Shown here: positions 10,101-19,487 of the stretch, piece by piece
Position numbering within the stretch: the stretch's first letter is position 1
Layout: the number at the start of each line of letters is the position of its first letter
Assembly (NCBI GenBank): GCA_038534095.1
Contig: JBCAXK010000002.1
Coordinates: forward strand, 1-64,000
Direction of reading: 5' to 3'
Length of the DNA stretch: 64,000 bases
From: Chlamydiota bacterium
GTDB taxonomy: Bacteria > Chlamydiota > Chlamydiia > Chlamydiales > SM23-39
Program-made: the position numbers and the translations under genes
Notes under the pieces: generated by a model
Database searches by the model: none
Seen by the model: the letters and a program-made list of their open reading frames with translations, nothing else
Told to the model about the DNA's origin: nothing

Positions 10101-11114
10101 TCATACAAGGAAAAAAGGAAGCCTAGATGCAGCTCCGAGCGCTAATGAGTCGGGAGGGCCTTGCTGGGCTTTGTGCCAAGCCAGCATCCCGATCATTGCT
10201 CCATTGTCTGAAGCAAGGCCGCGCTCTGGAAAAAAACAGGGAAGAGAAGCGTGACTTTGGCAAAGGTATTGCAGAGTTTGATTTTGTACGACGCCACCTC
10301 CTAAGACGATCGATTTGGGATGATACATTTTTTTTGCGCGTTCAATTTTTTGTAAAACATCGGTGAAAGCCGCCTTTTGAAAGGCCGCAGCGATGTCCCG
10401 TTTTTCTTGAAGAGTTAACGGGGCATTTTTGGGTATTTGGTAGCTAACGGCTGTTTTTAAACCACTAAAAGAAAAGGCGTAAGGATTTTTTTTGACCTCG
10501 CCTGCCCGAAAAGCATAAGCATTTGGATTGCCGTTTTTGGCTAACTCCTCGATCCACTGTCCGCTTGGCAGCGAGGTAAGAGACTTTTCTTCTGTAGATT
10601 CAAGTAGGCGAGCAACCTTATCAAAAGCTTCGCCGATCGCATCATCGACGGTCGACCCTATATGCTTGTAGGAGCCAAATTTTTCGATCAAGACCATCGT
10701 GGTGTGTCCTCCAGATAGGATGAGACCAAGGGCGGGGAGGGGGGCATTTTGTAGCAAGCCGGGATAGAGGTGGGCTTCAATGTGATTGACCCCATAAAAG
10801 GGTTTTTGATGTAGCGTGGCTAGCGTTTTTGCGGCGCCTAGTCCGACAAGGAGGGAGTTGATGAGACCGGGGCCTTGGGTCGCTGCAAATGCGCCAATTT
10901 CTGTGATAGAGAGGCGCGCCTCATCTAACGCAGCTTGCATTACTGGTAAAAGATTTTTTACATGCGCCCTTGCGGCAAGCTCGGGAAAGACGCCTCCAAA
11001 AGGGGCGTGAAGAGCGTTTTGAGAAGCGACCACATTGGATAGAATTTCTTGCCCATTTTTTACAACAGCTACGCAGGTATCATCACAACTCGTTTCAAAA
11101 CTTAAAAAAAGCAT
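10101..11114 (-). CDS. tsaD: tRNA N6-threonylcarbamoyladenosine transferase
   Basis: Motifs ETSCDDT, GGVFPELAARAH, NHIEAH, SGGHT, DDAIGEAFDKVAR, FSFSGLKTA, DNGAMI. Confidence 0.96.
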   Translation of the reverse strand: MLFLSFETSCDDTCVAVVKNGQEILSNVVASQNALHAPFGGVFPELAARAHVKNLLPVMQAALDEARLSITEIGAFAATQGPGLINSLLVGLGAAKTLATLHQKPFYGVNHIEAHLYPGLLQNAPLPALGLILSGGHTTMVLIEKFGSYKHIGSTVDDAIGEAFDKVARLLESTEEKSLTSLPSGQWIEELAKNGNPNAYAFRAGEVKKNPYAFSFSGLKTAVSYQIPKNAPLTLQEKRDIAAAFQKAAFTDVLQKIERAKKMYHPKSIVLGGGVVQNQTLQYLCQSHASLPCFFPERGLASDNGAMIGMLAWHKAQQGPPDSLALGAASRLPFFLV

Positions 11115-11117
11115 GGT

Positions 11118-11861
11118 CTAGAGTAGCATAGCAGCTCCCTTATCCACAATCCAGAGGGCTGGTTTTTGAGGAGAGCCTATTTGGCTAATGGGTAGATCAC
11201 TCCCTTGTTTTAACGCCTTTTGTACAATCGGAGCCTTGTTTTTTCCTAGAGCAAGGATCAGCGTCTCCCGACTTTGGTTGATGCAAGAAAAGGTGAGGGT
11301 CATGCGCCACATCTTTTTCTTGGGAACAAAGTGGGCTGCGACCAGTTGTTCTTTAGGAAAATCATTGTTTGTTTCTGGAAATAGTGAAGCGGTATGCCCA
11401 TCTTCCCCCACTCCTAAAAGCACAAGATCAAATAGGTAGGTAGGTAGCTGGTTTTTGATGAGCTCTTCGTACCGTTTGGCTTCGTGGATGATCGCTTCGG
11501 GCGCTCCTTCTACATGCATCGGAAAAATGTGTTCTTTTCGCAAAGGGAGATGCTCCAAATGGCCTTCGATCATTGCCCCATAGTAATTGCTTTCCTGATC
11601 GGTTAGCGGCTTTTGCCGCTCATCACCCCAAAAAAGGAGCACTTGGCTCCAATCCACCTGCTCTTTATAGGGGCTCTTTGTAAGGCTTTCATAGAGCTTT
11701 TTAGGAGTGGATCCTCCTGAGAGCGCTACCGAAAAGAACCCTTTTTCTTGCAGATGTTTTTGAGCTTTTTCTATGAAAAATGTGGTCATAAAAGAGACGG
11801 TTTCTTCCACATTTCCTGGAAGAAAAACCTTTTGTTTTGGATAAGATTGGATATCTACCAT
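11118..11861 (-). CDS. pgl: 6-phosphogluconolactonase
   Basis: Motifs ALSGGSTP, FWGDER, LLGVGEDGHTASLFP, RMTLT. ATG 11861 overlaps the opcA end. Confidence 0.94.
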   Translation of the reverse strand: MVDIQSYPKQKVFLPGNVEETVSFMTTFFIEKAQKHLQEKGFFSVALSGGSTPKKLYESLTKSPYKEQVDWSQVLLFWGDERQKPLTDQESNYYGAMIEGHLEHLPLRKEHIFPMHVEGAPEAIIHEAKRYEELIKNQLPTYLFDLVLLGVGEDGHTASLFPETNNDFPKEQLVAAHFVPKKKMWRMTLTFSCINQSRETLILALGKNKAPIVQKALKQGSDLPISQIGSPQKPALWIVDKGAAMLL

Positions 11862-12907
11862 GAGCGAATCAAAAGCTCCATTGTATCTAAATATTGCTGG
11901 TTTGTTTGTTTCTTGACCATCTCTGCAGACAGAGAAGCCCCTCGCGTTTCTTTGGGGATAGAAATGGTTCTTGGTAAAGCGCATTTTTCTTTCGAAGTGA
12001 TGCGCACAGCAATTTCGGAAGAAGCCTCCAGTTTTCTTTGAAAACAAAACCGGTTTTCTCCTGAAAGAATTTCCAAAGAAATGAGGGCGCCTGGCCTTAG
12101 AGAGGGGGCATTTCTTGCTTCGATCTGGACATTAGTTGGGGAAAAATGCAAGGCCAGTTCGCTCGATTTTTTCACCGTCCATCCGAGCCTGTTTGCAAGC
12201 CAAAAAATGAGGTAAAGCGTTTCTGTTTTCGGATGAGGAATGTACGGGTTTTTTTCACCATTGTACACGATCCTTATCTCCTTTGCTTGTTGCAACAAAG
12301 CTTTTTCCCTTTCGGTACGAAATTCTGCAGCAAGGAGATGTCTCCAAGGGGAGGTTCTTGTCCAGTTGAGATCAGAAATGTGGGAAGTTTTTTCTGGCAA
12401 GTATTCACGCATACCAGAGAGAAACGTACGAAACGTAGGACAGGAGCCAGAATCGATAATAAGACGATCGCACAAAGGCTCTAACTGAGCAAATAGGGCA
12501 TGTTTTTTGGAAGGGGGATCTAGCCATAACAAATGGATCGGCAGATCGGGTACTAGATGAGGGAGCAACACAAAAAAGACTTTTTCTGCTCCAGAGCCTC
12601 CAAAGCCCATATCAATCGTATCGCAGGCGGTATCTGATCCGTTTTTAATATCGACTACAGACACCGCTGTTTTTAGGTAGGAAGAGGAGCTTTCCCGATC
12701 ATGAGAAAGAAAAATGATCCGGCAAGGATAATTTTCGATCACTTTCATCACAACTTCCCGAAAAGAATCGGATCGGGGATCTCTTTTTGTATAAACGACT
12801 AAATTGAAGAGGCAAGCGCGTACTTTGTTTTTTTTTGCGAGCCCTTCCCAAATTGTGACGAGGGTGCTTTCGATGTTTTCTGGAGAAACCAGTGTCTGCA
12901 TGCTCAT
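11855..12907 (-). CDS. opcA: Glucose-6-phosphate dehydrogenase assembly protein OpcA
   Basis: Motifs RACLFNLVV, PCRII, PDLPIHLLW, DRLIIDS, DLNWTRTSPWR; lies between zwf and pgl. Confidence 0.85.
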   Translation of the reverse strand: MSMQTLVSPENIESTLVTIWEGLAKKNKVRACLFNLVVYTKRDPRSDSFREVVMKVIENYPCRIIFLSHDRESSSSYLKTAVSVVDIKNGSDTACDTIDMGFGGSGAEKVFFVLLPHLVPDLPIHLLWLDPPSKKHALFAQLEPLCDRLIIDSGSCPTFRTFLSGMREYLPEKTSHISDLNWTRTSPWRHLLAAEFRTEREKALLQQAKEIRIVYNGEKNPYIPHPKTETLYLIFWLANRLGWTVKKSSELALHFSPTNVQIEARNAPSLRPGALISLEILSGENRFCFQRKLEASSEIAVRITSKEKCALPRTISIPKETRGASLSAEMVKKQTNQQYLDTMELLIRSW

Positions 12908-14436
12908 AAGAGACGCCACTTTCTCCCTTTTTTTTCAAGAAGATGGCTGGATTTTTCAGGTCCCCAAGAACCTGCTTGGTATAAATGGATCTCCGCCTCT
13001 CGATTTTCCTGAAAATGCTCTAAAATTGGCGTGAAAAAATGCCAAGAATTTTTGACTTCATCTGTTCTTGCAAAAAGCGTATTGTCTCCTAACATACAAT
13101 CCCAAATCAGTCTTTCATACGCTTCTGGAGGAGTTTTTCCAAAATAGCTACCATAGCGAAAGTCCATTTTGACCGGCTGAACGGGGCTTTCTGGACCGGG
13201 TACTTTGCAGTTGATTTTTATCGAAATCCCCTCATCAGGTTGGATCCGAATGGCAAGGACGTTAGGAGGGTTTTCCCCCTGTTCTTTGAACAAGATGCCA
13301 GGCGTTTCTTTAAAAACGATTGCGATCTCTGTCGCTCTTTTTGGCAATCTTTTCCCTGCCCTCAAGTAGAAGGGGACTCCTGCCCAGCGCCAGTTATCGA
13401 TAAATACGCGAAGAGCTAAAAATGTTTCGATGTTTGAAGTGGGCGATACATCGCGTTCCTTCCGATAAGCGATCACCTCTTCTCCCTCAATGAACCCGTT
13501 TTGGTACTGCCCTCGGATCAAAGACTCTTCCATGTCTTGTTTCGTGAAGGGACGAAGAGATTCGAGTACCTTGACTTTTTCCCCACGGATCGCATCGGCT
13601 GACAAGTTTGCTGGAGGTTCCATAGCTGTTAGAGATAAGAGTTGCATCAGGTGATTTTGTACGACATCGCGTAAAATGCCTTGCTCTTCAAAAAAGTGCC
13701 CTCTAGATCCAATCCCAATGCTTTCAGCTACCGTGATTTGTACATGATCGATATAACGATTATTCCAAAGGGATTCGAAGATCGCATTAGCAAAACGGAA
13801 CACCAAAATGTTTTGGACCGTTTCCTTACCCAGGTAGTGGTCAATTCTATAAATTTGATTTTCGTGCAAAGATTGTTCAATATTTTTTTGTAGTTTGTCC
13901 GCAGAGTGACTATCACGGCCAAAAGGTTTTTCGATGATCACCCTAGAAAATTTCTCTTTTTCCTGGAAAAAATCGTAGATCAGGCCATGTTTTTTGAGTT
14001 TTTCAATGATGAGAGGAAAAAACTTTGGTTGGACAGAAAGGTAGAAAATGCGATTCCCCTTAGTTCCGTGATTCCGTTCGAGCTTCTCTAAGAAGGTACG
14101 CAAAGATTCATAGGCATCATCCTCATCAAATTCTCCTTGATGGTAAAAGATGGATTGCTGGAAATCATTCCAAAAAGAGGGGTCTAAAGGTTTTGTCCGA
14201 GAAAAGCTTTCAATATCCTTGGCCATCTCCTGACGGAACTCTTCATCTGTTTTCTCTCTTCGTGCAAATCCTACGCACGCAAAGTTTGGAGGTAAAGATC
14301 CCTCTTTCCCTAAATTGTAAATCGCAGGAATGAGCTTACGCCCCGTTAGATCACCGGTAGCTCCAAAAATCACAAGGGAACAAGATTCTGGGTGCTTTTC
14401 TTCTGCGCCGAGCTTGTCAAAGGAATGTTTGTCCAT
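12904..14436 (-). CDS. zwf: Glucose-6-phosphate 1-dehydrogenase
   Basis: Motifs GATGDL, EKPFG, RIDHYLGKE, DNWRWAGVPFYLRAGK, AYERL. ATG 14436 preferred as start. Confidence 0.97.
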   Translation of the reverse strand: MDKHSFDKLGAEEKHPESCSLVIFGATGDLTGRKLIPAIYNLGKEGSLPPNFACVGFARREKTDEEFRQEMAKDIESFSRTKPLDPSFWNDFQQSIFYHQGEFDEDDAYESLRTFLEKLERNHGTKGNRIFYLSVQPKFFPLIIEKLKKHGLIYDFFQEKEKFSRVIIEKPFGRDSHSADKLQKNIEQSLHENQIYRIDHYLGKETVQNILVFRFANAIFESLWNNRYIDHVQITVAESIGIGSRGHFFEEQGILRDVVQNHLMQLLSLTAMEPPANLSADAIRGEKVKVLESLRPFTKQDMEESLIRGQYQNGFIEGEEVIAYRKERDVSPTSNIETFLALRVFIDNWRWAGVPFYLRAGKRLPKRATEIAIVFKETPGILFKEQGENPPNVLAIRIQPDEGISIKINCKVPGPESPVQPVKMDFRYGSYFGKTPPEAYERLIWDCMLGDNTLFARTDEVKNSWHFFTPILEHFQENREAEIHLYQAGSWGPEKSSHLLEKKGRKWRLL

Positions 14437-14697
14437 ATAACTTACATTGTAAGATTGCGCAAAAATCTGCAAGATATTTTGCGCAGCGTAGTGACAGATA
14501 AAGAGGGAATGGTAACAATTTTCCTGATCGGAAGTGTGTGGAATAGTCTTTTGCGCCTTGCAGTAAAGAGGAATGAAAAGGGAACTGGGAAGCCTTGGCA
14601 AGTTCTTGCGACCTGCCCAGAAAGATGAGTCTCGTAAGGAGTTTTTTGTGGCGACTATGTAGGCGCTCCAAAAGATGCTTACAAGTTCCTGGAGATT

Positions 14698-15120
14698 TTA
14701 CGACGTTTCAAGCCGTTTTTTTTCCAAGTAGTCTTGTAGTAAGATCAAAGCGGAGGTTTCATCGAGCTTTGGAGTCCGTTTTTTTCGGGAAAAACTCGCT
14801 AGCTCTTGATGCGCCCGGATAGAGGTAAATCTCTCATCAAAAAACTCGACGGGCCATTTGGTTTGCGCTTCTAATGTCTTGGCAAAAGCGCGCACTTCTA
14901 CGCTCATAGGACTTTCTTGTCCATTGGGTAAAAGGGGAAGGCCCAGCACAATTTCAAGAATGGAGTACTGAGATGTTGCTTTCGCAAGATTTTTGACACT
15001 TTCTTGGTGGGACTTTCCTGTAGAAATGGTTTCTAAGGGTAGCGCCATGATCCTTCGTTCATCTGTGATGGCAAGACCAATCCTTTTTTTCCCATAGTCA
15101 ATGGAAAGAATTCTGGTCAT
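14698..15120 (-). CDS. ruvX: YqgF/RuvX family pre-16S rRNA nuclease
   Basis: Motifs IDYGKKRIGLA, VLGLP, DERFTS, SALILLQDYL. Confidence 0.93.
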   Translation of the reverse strand: MTRILSIDYGKKRIGLAITDERRIMALPLETISTGKSHQESVKNLAKATSQYSILEIVLGLPLLPNGQESPMSVEVRAFAKTLEAQTKWPVEFFDERFTSIRAHQELASFSRKKRTPKLDETSALILLQDYLEKKRLETS

Positions 15121-15866
15121 GAGGGAGTTTCCGAGAAGAAGAGATGCTTGTAAGCAAGCGCTTGATCAGGGGTATCAATGCCGATCATATCGCCGAGGGT
15201 ATCTGGATGCGAGGTTGTGACAGCCACTTTGATTTGATAGCCGTGAGATAAAAAGCGGAGCTGTTCCAAATCCTCTGCAATCTCTATATCCGAAGGTTTG
15301 AGGCTAGAGAGTTTTTGTAGAAATGCCCGTCTATATGCGTAGAGGCCAATATGATGGTAGTACGTTTTTGCGTTGTAGGGAATAACCGATCGACTAAAGT
15401 AAAGAGCGTTGTGATTGTGATCGAACGTGCATTTGACCGTTTGTGGCGGTTTTGCTTGCTCGTAAGAGCAGGGGCGCACAGCGGTGGCAATCTGGGTGTT
15501 AGGATTTTCTACTAGAGATTGAATGATTTTTTTTGTGGTTGCAAGAGATACAAATGGATGGTCTCCTTGCATATTCATGATGATCTCCGCATCTTGCAAG
15601 TGGTAGCTCGAGCGCAGGGCCTCTGCAATTCTATCGGTGCCCGATCTTGGCGCGGAAGAGGTGATGATGACAGGCACCCTATTTTCTACGTGTTTGGCAA
15701 TTTCTAAGCTATCTGTTGCGACGAAAATCTCGGAAAAAAAAGAAAATGATTGCACATTTTCCACAGTTGTTTGTAATAAAGATTTACGCCCAATGGAATG
15801 AAGCATTTTTCGAGGAAATCTACGGCTGTTGAGCCTTGCAGGAATCACACAAACAATCTTAGGCAC
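15117..15866 (-). CDS. kdsB: CMP-Kdo synthetase (3-deoxy-manno-octulosonate cytidylyltransferase)
   Basis: Motifs IPARLNSRRFPRK, SGTDR, NMQGD, ALYFSRSVIP, HIGLYAY, LEQLRFL, GIDTP. Confidence 0.95.
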   Translation of the reverse strand: MPKIVCVIPARLNSRRFPRKMLHSIGRKSLLQTTVENVQSFSFFSEIFVATDSLEIAKHVENRVPVIITSSAPRSGTDRIAEALRSSYHLQDAEIIMNMQGDHPFVSLATTKKIIQSLVENPNTQIATAVRPCSYEQAKPPQTVKCTFDHNHNALYFSRSVIPYNAKTYYHHIGLYAYRRAFLQKLSSLKPSDIEIAEDLEQLRFLSHGYQIKVAVTTSHPDTLGDMIGIDTPDQALAYKHLFFSETPS

Positions 15867-15961
15867 AAGTGGAGTTCACCTTTCTGAAATTAATGGAATA
15901 TTGTTTTATTTATCCTATTTGGTTATGTAATTAACAGCAAGTGAATCATAAGGAGTGAGAC

Positions 15962-17548
15962 GTGAACTTTGCAGAGTATAGACGGGCTTTTCAACCAAAA
16001 TGTCCTCAAATCTTAGAGCAGGTAGAAAGCTTACAATTCGTCCAGGAAAAAGAGCTTTCTTGTGATCCCAATATCGAGCCCCTTTTCCCCCATACAGCGC
16101 GTCAGTCTTTACTTGTTGCAAAAAAAGGAGGGGAGAAATTGAGCCGGGTATTGCAGATAGGGGTCGTTTTTTCTGGAGGACAAGCTCCAGGAGGGCACAA
16201 TGTGATCACAGGATTATTTGATACGGTCAAAAAAATGCATCCGCAATCAAAACTGCACGGATTTTTAGGAGGACCTGATGGGATTTTGCAAAGCCGTTCC
16301 CTTGATCTCACAAAAGAGGTATTAGCCTCTTACCGCAATGAGGGAGGGTTTGATCTGATTGGATCGGGGCGAACAAAACTTGAAAGCGAGGAGCATATGA
16401 AGCGCTCTTTAAAAACGTGTCAATCGTTAGGATTAGATGGGCTTGTGATTATTGGAGGCGATGATTCCAATACCAACGCAGCGCTCCTTGCTGAATATTT
16501 CCTAGCCAACCATCAGGCCACTACTGTTGTTGGTGTCCCAAAAACGATTGATGGAGATCTGCAGTCGGAAAATATTCCGATATCCTTTGGTTTTGATACG
16601 GCAACAAAAGTCTACGGAGAGCTCATAGGAAACATCACAAAAGACGCGCTTTCTGCAAAAAAATATTACCATTTTATTCGGCTCATGGGAAGATCAGCGT
16701 CCCATGTGACGCTAGAGTGCGCGTTAAAAACCCACCCTAATCTTACGCTCTTATCTGAAGAATGCCTTGCTGATAATACATCTTTGCTCCGAGTCGTTGA
16801 TGAGATAGCGACCTTGATTGAAAGAAGAGAGACGCTCGATCGTTTGTATGGGGTGATTTTGATTCCCGAGGGACTTTTAGAATTTTTGCCAGAAATGAAA
16901 CGGCTGATCGAAACGATCAATGAACTGATTTCTGAAGGAACGAAAGAGGAAAAAATCCCTCAAAAACTGTCTGGAGAAGAGAGTAAGGTATTTTCACAGC
17001 TCCCCCCATCGATCCAAAAGCAGCTTCTTTTGGATCGCGATCCGCATGGCAACGTTCAGGTATCCCAAATCGAGACCGAAAAATTGCTCATTGCTATGGT
17101 AAAAAAACGACTTGAAGAGCGGAAGAAATTTCACGGAACCTTTCGGGCTGTTCCCCATTTCTTTGGTTATGAGGGGCGCTCTGGTTATCCATCAAACTTT
17201 GATGCCAACTACTGCTATTCGTTAGGGTCGATCGCCGCTTTTTTAGTCCGAGAGAAGAAATCGGGATACATGGCTGCCTGCGGCGCTTTGCATGAAAGCC
17301 CAGGAACCTGGGAGCCAAAAGCCGTTCCCATCACGTCTCTCATGCAGCTAGAAAAACGGAAAGGCAAAAAGGTCCCTGTGATCAAAAAATCTCTTGTGAG
17401 CTTTTCTTCAGAAGCCTACCGGACCTTTGTCGCACGTAAAGATGCTTGGAAGTGGGATGATGACTACCAGATGCCAGGACCTATCCAGCTCTTTGGCCCA
17501 GAAGAATTGGCAGATGCTCCCCCTTTGAGCTTAAGGAAGAGTTCCTGA
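15962..17548 (+). CDS. pfp: Pyrophosphate-dependent phosphofructokinase
   Basis: Motifs SGGQAPGGHNV, GGDDSNTNA, PKTIDGD, MGRSASH, FFGYEGR. Confidence 0.95.
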   Translation: MNFAEYRRAFQPKCPQILEQVESLQFVQEKELSCDPNIEPLFPHTARQSLLVAKKGGEKLSRVLQIGVVFSGGQAPGGHNVITGLFDTVKKMHPQSKLHGFLGGPDGILQSRSLDLTKEVLASYRNEGGFDLIGSGRTKLESEEHMKRSLKTCQSLGLDGLVIIGGDDSNTNAALLAEYFLANHQATTVVGVPKTIDGDLQSENIPISFGFDTATKVYGELIGNITKDALSAKKYYHFIRLMGRSASHVTLECALKTHPNLTLLSEECLADNTSLLRVVDEIATLIERRETLDRLYGVILIPEGLLEFLPEMKRLIETINELISEGTKEEKIPQKLSGEESKVFSQLPPSIQKQLLLDRDPHGNVQVSQIETEKLLIAMVKKRLEERKKFHGTFRAVPHFFGYEGRSGYPSNFDANYCYSLGSIAAFLVREKKSGYMAACGALHESPGTWEPKAVPITSLMQLEKRKGKKVPVIKKSLVSFSSEAYRTFVARKDAWKWDDDYQMPGPIQLFGPEELADAPPLSLRKSS

Positions 17549-18020
17549 TCGGGCTCTTTGATCGACTTTTCCGTGATGGATTTGTGGCGCAGGACTTGTG
17601 AACAAGCCAAGCTATCTACGATTTTTCGTAAGACTAAGAGCCATGTTTCTAAGTATCTAAAAGCAATCTCTATGGGCAAGGCTGAGAAAATGCATGGTGA
17701 TTATTCACCAGTATTTAAGGAGTCAGGATCAAGCAGTTCTAGTCTGAAGGGTGGGTAAAAACTGCCTTCTTACTCACGTTTTACATCTATATTCTAGACC
17801 ATTCATGAAGCGGTCTCTAGTCCAATAGCGCCGCGCATTTATAGGCCCCGTAGAAGTCACTAGTTGGAGATCTAAGGACAAAAACGGTATAATTCATCAA
17901 TTGTTCACCTATTTGAATGAAATGCAAGCGTGTTTTTCTTGGTTTGGAACCTTTTTTTCATATTTTATTAATAGGTTTTTTACTAACGTTAAAGCGTAGT
18001 AATGCCTTCTGTAAGCGATT

Positions 18021-19250
18021 ATGTCTTTAAAATCTCGTGAAAAAACCACCTTATTTTGGTTGGTCATAACGCAAATCCTGCAAGAGCCGATCTTTGTTCT
18101 GTACAATTTTAGCGTCATCATTCTCCGGAAACACTTTGGCGTAAATGCCTTTTTGATCGGAGCCTTTGTGAGCCTAAAACCGGTGGTCTCGATTTTGTCC
18201 TTCTACTGGAGCTCTTATCTTACAAAGCGTCCAGGCTCTCTAAAGAGCAATTTTTTTTGGGCGAAAATCTTGGGACTTAGCCCCTTTCTTTTTTTTCCGC
18301 TGTTCGTCCATCCCCTCTATTTTCTTTTCGCGTCGGTCAATTACATTTTATTTTATAGGGCTGCTAAGCCGGCTTGGTTTGAAATTTTGCGTATGAATAC
18401 GACCAAAGCCAGAAAAAAAACAGCATTTGGATGGGCTTTTGCCCTCGCGTATTTGGAAGGGATGTTTCTTGCGTGGATGTTTGGGCGGGTGTTAGATGAT
18501 GATCAAAATGGCATTTGGCCCTATTTGTTTGTTCTCGGATCTCTGATCGGCTTCATCAATCTCTATTTTTTGTACAAGTTGCCCATGATCTTTACAGAAA
18601 AAGCGGGGGAAAGTCTAAAAATTTCTTTGAAGCAGTGGTTGATCCACCCATGGACCCATACAAAAGAGCTGATGCAGCGAAGGGAGGATTTTGCAAAGTT
18701 TCAATGGGGGTTTATGCTGTGCGGCATTGGCATCATGTCGATACAACCTGTGCTCCCTTTCCTGATGGTGGATGTGTTAGACATTTCTTACGTTTCTTTT
18801 GGTCTGGCGCACACGTCTTGGAAAGGGATTTGTATCGTCCTATCTTCTCCCATTTGGTCCTATTTTCTGAAAAAGTGCTCCATTTTTCAGGTCGCCTCTT
18901 GGGTGTTTTTTTTCGTAGGACTCTTTCCTTTGCTGCTACTTTTCTCTCCACAAAACATTCTTTGGTTTTACGCAGCCTATGTTTTCTACGGTATTGCTCA
19001 AGGAGGAAGTCATCTTATTTGGAATTTATCTGGCCCCATTTTTTCAGGGGAAGAAAAGAGCTCGTCTTACACAGCTACCAACGTGATGATGATTGGAATC
19101 AGAGGGGCGTTTGCTCCTACGTTAGGAGCGCTCATCACAAGGCTTTATGGGCCATTTGTCACACTTGGTTTTGGATGCTTTTTTTGTTGGTTAGGCGCTC
19201 TCTACATTTTTCCGCAAAAGGAGCGCCTGTTTCTTCGGCTGGAATCCTAA
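18021..19250 (+). CDS. MFS transporter
   Basis: 409 aa, about 12 hydrophobic segments in two halves. Confidence 0.8.
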   Translation: MSLKSREKTTLFWLVITQILQEPIFVLYNFSVIILRKHFGVNAFLIGAFVSLKPVVSILSFYWSSYLTKRPGSLKSNFFWAKILGLSPFLFFPLFVHPLYFLFASVNYILFYRAAKPAWFEILRMNTTKARKKTAFGWAFALAYLEGMFLAWMFGRVLDDDQNGIWPYLFVLGSLIGFINLYFLYKLPMIFTEKAGESLKISLKQWLIHPWTHTKELMQRREDFAKFQWGFMLCGIGIMSIQPVLPFLMVDVLDISYVSFGLAHTSWKGICIVLSSPIWSYFLKKCSIFQVASWVFFFVGLFPLLLLFSPQNILWFYAAYVFYGIAQGGSHLIWNLSGPIFSGEEKSSSYTATNVMMIGIRGAFAPTLGALITRLYGPFVTLGFGCFFCWLGALYIFPQKERLFLRLES

Positions 19251-19487
19251 CGGTGCAAATAGCCTCGCGCTCATCAAAAATCCTCTTTTGAGATGGCGGC
19301 TTGGGGCTGGTGCAAACTTTACGGGCGCCATCCTTCTATATCCTAGATAGCCCCAGATTGTTACGAGCAAAAAATATAGGCAGGTTATGAAACGCACAAG
19401 TCTATTCCTTTAAGAAAAAATAAAATTCTTTTTTTCTTAATCGAGACTTTGTATAGAAAGTACGTAGAGACTAGGGGGGATTTTTAC

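Noticed and set aside
17549..18020. Long intergenic region with small hairpins (e.g. TGGTGA-TTAT-TCACCA)
   Set aside because: No recognisable ncRNA or riboswitch motif; the short ORFs are unconvincing.
18515..19291. 258-aa alternative-frame ORF inside the MFS gene
   Set aside because: Almost entirely overlaps a convincing gene on the same strand; no motifs; looks like a shadow frame.
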